Shown: positions 63,478 to 64,000 of the stretch, one piece after another
Numbering within the stretch: position 1 is the stretch's first letter
Layout of the letters: every line of letters starts with the position of its first letter
From: an archaeon
GTDB lineage: Archaea > Nanobdellota > Nanobdellia > Pacearchaeales > GW2011-AR1
Assembly: GCA_027343665.1 (NCBI GenBank)
Contig: DAHWKL010000002.1
Span: forward strand, 45,386-109,385
Direction of reading: 5' to 3'
DNA: 64,000 nt
The notes under the pieces: model-generated
Told to the model about the DNA's origin: nothing
The model's database searches: none
Seen by the model: only the letters and a program-made list of their open reading frames with translations
Position numbers and translations under genes: made by a program

Positions 63478-63923
63478 CAGATTGCATTTTCTGCAAGATA
63501 GCAAGCGGAGAAATACCATCAGAGAAAGTCTATGAAGATGAAAAACATTTGGCAATTTTAGACATAAACCCCAATACGGAAGGAATGACCCTTGTTATGA
63601 CGAAAAAGCATTTTGACAGCGACGCAACCGATATGCCTGAGAAAGAATATTCTGCTTTGATGCTCGCCGCAAAGAAAATTGCAAAATTATTGGAGAAAAA
63701 ATTAAATGTCAAACGCGTCGCGATGGTTATGGAAGGTTTGGGAATAAATCATGTCCATATAAAATTATATCCAATTTATGGGCTTGACAATAAGTTTGAA
63801 GAGACATGGGCAAAGGAAAAAAAATATTTTGAAAAATATGAAGGATATATTTCCACACAATTAGGCCCAAGAAGGTCAACAGACGAATTAAAAAAAGTAG
63901 CCAATAAAATAAGAGGAGATTAA
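63474..63923 (+). CDS. HIT-family nucleotide hydrolase/transferase
   Basis: CIFCKIASGEIPS N-terminus and a degenerate histidine triad GINHVHIKLYP. Confidence 0.75.
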   Translation: MTDCIFCKIASGEIPSEKVYEDEKHLAILDINPNTEGMTLVMTKKHFDSDATDMPEKEYSALMLAAKKIAKLLEKKLNVKRVAMVMEGLGINHVHIKLYPIYGLDNKFEETWAKEKKYFEKYEGYISTQLGPRRSTDELKKVANKIRGD

Positions 63924-63925
63924 AA

Positions 63926-64000
63926 TGGCAAAGAAAGAAGATAAACACGACTTTTATCTCAAGATAAGTGAAGCACTTCAGGAAGATATAGACAAAAGTA
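63926..64000 (+). CDS. second CDC48-like ATPase, first 25 codons (continues beyond the right edge)
   Basis: MAKKEDKHDFYLKISEALQEDIDKS parallels the N-terminus [26 protein letters not shown] of 60778..63090. Confidence 0.5.

Noticed and set aside
1-64000. CRISPR arrays, rRNA genes, integrase/transposase/recombinase genes, and known defence-system hallmark genes (Cas, restriction-modification, toxin-antitoxin pairs)
   Set aside because: No regularly spaced direct repeats, no rRNA-like non-coding stretch (largest gap about 220 nt), and no ORF with recombinase, Cas or restriction-enzyme motifs that I could recognise by eye.

Overview
AT-rich, very gene-dense archaeal chromosomal segment: about 85 protein genes, one tRNA, no rRNA, no CRISPR array, and no recognisable integrase or transposase. 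Archaeal origin follows from NAC, Sec61-beta, aRF1, aCPSF1 and RNase J-type beta-CASP nucleases, RNase P Pop5, TFS, proteasome beta, Rad50-Mre11, diphthine synthase, archaeal-type DtdA and CDC48. Short proteins, shared or overlapping stop codons and many ORFans fit a reduced, DPANN-like genome, but the lineage cannot be proven from this window. From 0 to 42 kb the content is mostly housekeeping (valS, ileS, tdk, scpB, psmB), plus a glycosylation cluster at 6.8-13.3 kb, two tandem Lrp/AsnC proteins and three TrmB-like regulators. The most unusual stretch is 42.3-46.6 kb. It holds a translationally coupled pair (a class IIc aaRS-like core fused to a MazG-like domain, plus a 221-aa radical-SAM enzyme), then overlapping small ORFs, a zinc-ribbon protein and a small wHTH protein. 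It ends at a tRNA-Lys(CUU) whose first 20 nt and 2 leader nt are duplicated 46 nt upstream, next to the only good promoter. From 47.5 to 58.8 kb lies a redox/energy island: a 2-oxoacid dehydrogenase complex with an embedded lipoyl/octanoyl transferase, a split ADP-forming acetyl-CoA synthetase, an NDH-2-like flavoprotein, an orphan dihaem cytochrome b with a roughly 200-aa loop insertion, and DoxX. The right end carries a 57-bp MITE-like element and two CDC48 paralogues flanking hsp20 and a HIT gene. A Sec61-beta gene missing from the ORF track appears split by a 1-nt frame change.
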